25,127 nt of DNA from a virus (Duplodnaviria > Caudoviricetes), in the IMG/VR virus record IMGVR_UViG_3300048855_000184, positions 1 through 25,127 of that record. One strand, given 5' to 3'. The translations under genes and the position numbers were made by a program. The notes beneath the pieces were generated by a model that saw nothing but the letters and a program-made list of their open reading frames with translations, was not told the origin of the DNA and did no database searches. This document shows, piece by piece, positions 23,571 to 25,127 of the stretch (position 1 is its first letter; every line of letters starts with the position of its first letter).

Positions 23571-25127
23571 TCAGTTCGCGCCGGGCTGCTTGTAGGCCGA
23601 GCGCCAGTTCACGGCGCCGACGCCGTAATCGTGGCGGACCTTCCACTCGACACCATCGACGCGCCAGCCGTCCTGGCTATCGGTGAACGGCTCGGTGACG
23701 CCGTTGAGGAACACCACCTCGATCGCCGGCGCGACGTTCGGGTCCGCGAAGGCGTACTGCGCGGTTCCGGCGAGCCGCGGAGTGTCGACGATATCGGAGA
23801 ACATGCCGTTCACGATGTTCGGCACCTGGAACTTACCCGTGGTGTCGGGATCGTACAGCGCGCCGTTGATACGCCGCGCTGCGCCGCCGAGCTCGATCGG
23901 CAGCAACAGGATGCTCGGGCGGATATCGAGGAACTCGTTCCCGCTGAGGTCCTTCTGCTTCGACATTGCGACGCGGATCGCGTCGAACGATGCAACCGAC
24001 GGTGCAGCGCCGGACCCTGCGAGATTGAAGTGCTCCGCCGCGAACAGCGCGATGCCATCGTTCATCGTCGGGTTGCTGTTGAGCAGAGCGAACACGTCGA
24101 TCTCGATCGTCAACTTGGCGGCGCGGCCAAGGTCCACGGCGAGACCGGAGAACACCTCCATGTCGTCGTTGACGATCGCCTGACGCGACAGGTTGATGAT
24201 GTTGCCCTTCGTGGTCGCTCGGATCTTCTCCTTCGCGAGATCCGGGATCGGCTTGTTCTTGAACTCGCCGACCTCGTTGACGTTGTCGAGGGCGCCGAAC
24301 GAACCGCGCAGGTAACGGCTGTGATCGCGGAAGTCGGTGACCGTACCCACGCCGCAGAACCGGGTCCAAGTATCCGGCGTGGTCGCATACGCCGCCTGCA
24401 GGGTGCGATGGATCGCGTTCTCGAACAGGACCGGGAAGTCGCTTGTCGACTGCGTCATGACTGCACCCTGCCAGGTCATCGCCTGCCGCACGATCTGGTC
24501 CGGATCGCGGGTGGTGATATTCACGCCCAGGTTGCCGAGCGATTCACGCGCGAGATCGACGTTGCGCACACCGCGGAACTCGCCCGGGTCGATCTTGATG
24601 GGCTTGCCGTTCATCGCGGCCGCCTTTTCGACGAGGTGGGCGACGCCCGCCTTGACGAGCAGCCAGTTGGTGGCGCCCTCCCGGAACTTCTCGCGCTGGT
24701 CGACGGTCACGCGCGCGGGGCTGTTGTGACCGACGTTGGCCGCGTCACCTTCCTCGGCGAGCTTGTCGAGGATCTTCTCGCGAGCGGTGGCAAGCGCCGT
24801 GCCGTCGTTAACAAGGCCGTCGATGAAGTCTCCGGGCAGGTTGTGCTTCGTACCGAGGGCGCGGATCGTCCCGACCCGGAGACGTTCGGCGTTGACGGCG
24901 TTCTGAACGTCGGCGGACGTCAGCGCGACGACCGACGTGTCGGTCTGGGGCGCCGGACTGTTGGCGGCCGGCGTCAGGGCGAGAGCACCGGTTGCCGGGA
25001 GCGCATCCTGTGCGTTGAGCGCCACGGCAGACTTGACGATCTTGTCGATCTCGTCCTGCGTGCCGCCGTCCTTTTGGAACGTGGCGATCGCGGCAACCAG
25101 CGCCGCGCGGGTCTTATAGAGGTCCAT
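23571..25127 (-). CDS. Major capsid protein with N-terminal scaffold-like region (may extend upstream as a protease fusion)
   Basis: QSTSDFPVLF, VTDFR, SRQAIVNDD, WKVRHDYGVGAVNWR; ORF touches the window edge. Confidence 0.9.
   Translation of the reverse strand: MDLYKTRAALVAAIATFQKDGGTQDEIDKIVKSAVALNAQDALPATGALALTPAANSPAPQTDTSVVALTSADVQNAVNAERLRVGTIRALGTKHNLPGDFIDGLVNDGTALATAREKILDKLAEEGDAANVGHNSPARVTVDQREKFREGATNWLLVKAGVAHLVEKAAAMNGKPIKIDPGEFRGVRNVDLARESLGNLGVNITTRDPDQIVRQAMTWQGAVMTQSTSDFPVLFENAIHRTLQAAYATTPDTWTRFCGVGTVTDFRDHSRYLRGSFGALDNVNEVGEFKNKPIPDLAKEKIRATTKGNIINLSRQAIVNDDMEVFSGLAVDLGRAAKLTIEIDVFALLNSNPTMNDGIALFAAEHFNLAGSGAAPSVASFDAIRVAMSKQKDLSGNEFLDIRPSILLLPIELGGAARRINGALYDPDTTGKFQVPNIVNGMFSDIVDTPRLAGTAQYAFADPNVAPAIEVVFLNGVTEPFTDSQDGWRVDGVEWKVRHDYGVGAVNWRSAYKQPGAN

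Larger units (their letters stand above)
468..25127. mobile_element. Prophage (long non-contractile tail type) integrated at tRNA-Ala; continues beyond the window
   Basis: att-like tRNA fragment plus colinear capsid, tail, tape measure, tailspike and lysis genes; no sheath gene seen; no integrase in the window. Confidence 0.95.

Overview
GC-rich alphaproteobacterial (Sphingomonas-like) chromosome. Host hspQ (1-381) is followed by the displaced 3' half of a tRNA-Ala(CGC) gene (468-518, an att core) and then by one end of a siphovirus-type prophage that fills the rest of the window. The minus strand carries, right to left: major capsid, head-completion and tail genes (including a -1 frameshifted tail chaperone and the tape measure protein), a tail-tip/central-fibre protein with a C-terminal Hint domain, a beta-helix tailspike, and a lysis cassette (two membrane proteins, TIGR02594-type endolysin, Rz/Rz1). 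An accessory region at about 520-6770 holds a LexA-boxed SRAP locus, MucR/Ros, a Cys-rich secreted peptide, a thermonuclease-like gene, a GcrA-like mini-HTH missing from the ORF track, a probable sigma-EcfG-driven sRNA, a membrane-protein moron and spanin relics. The two most unusual signals are a ~90-nt non-coding element (2782-2871) whose 5-7-bp complementary blocks occur in parallel (switchback/multi-pseudoknot) order, and the non-splicing Hint domain on the tail-tip protein. All family calls are from motif recognition and synteny; no searches were run.
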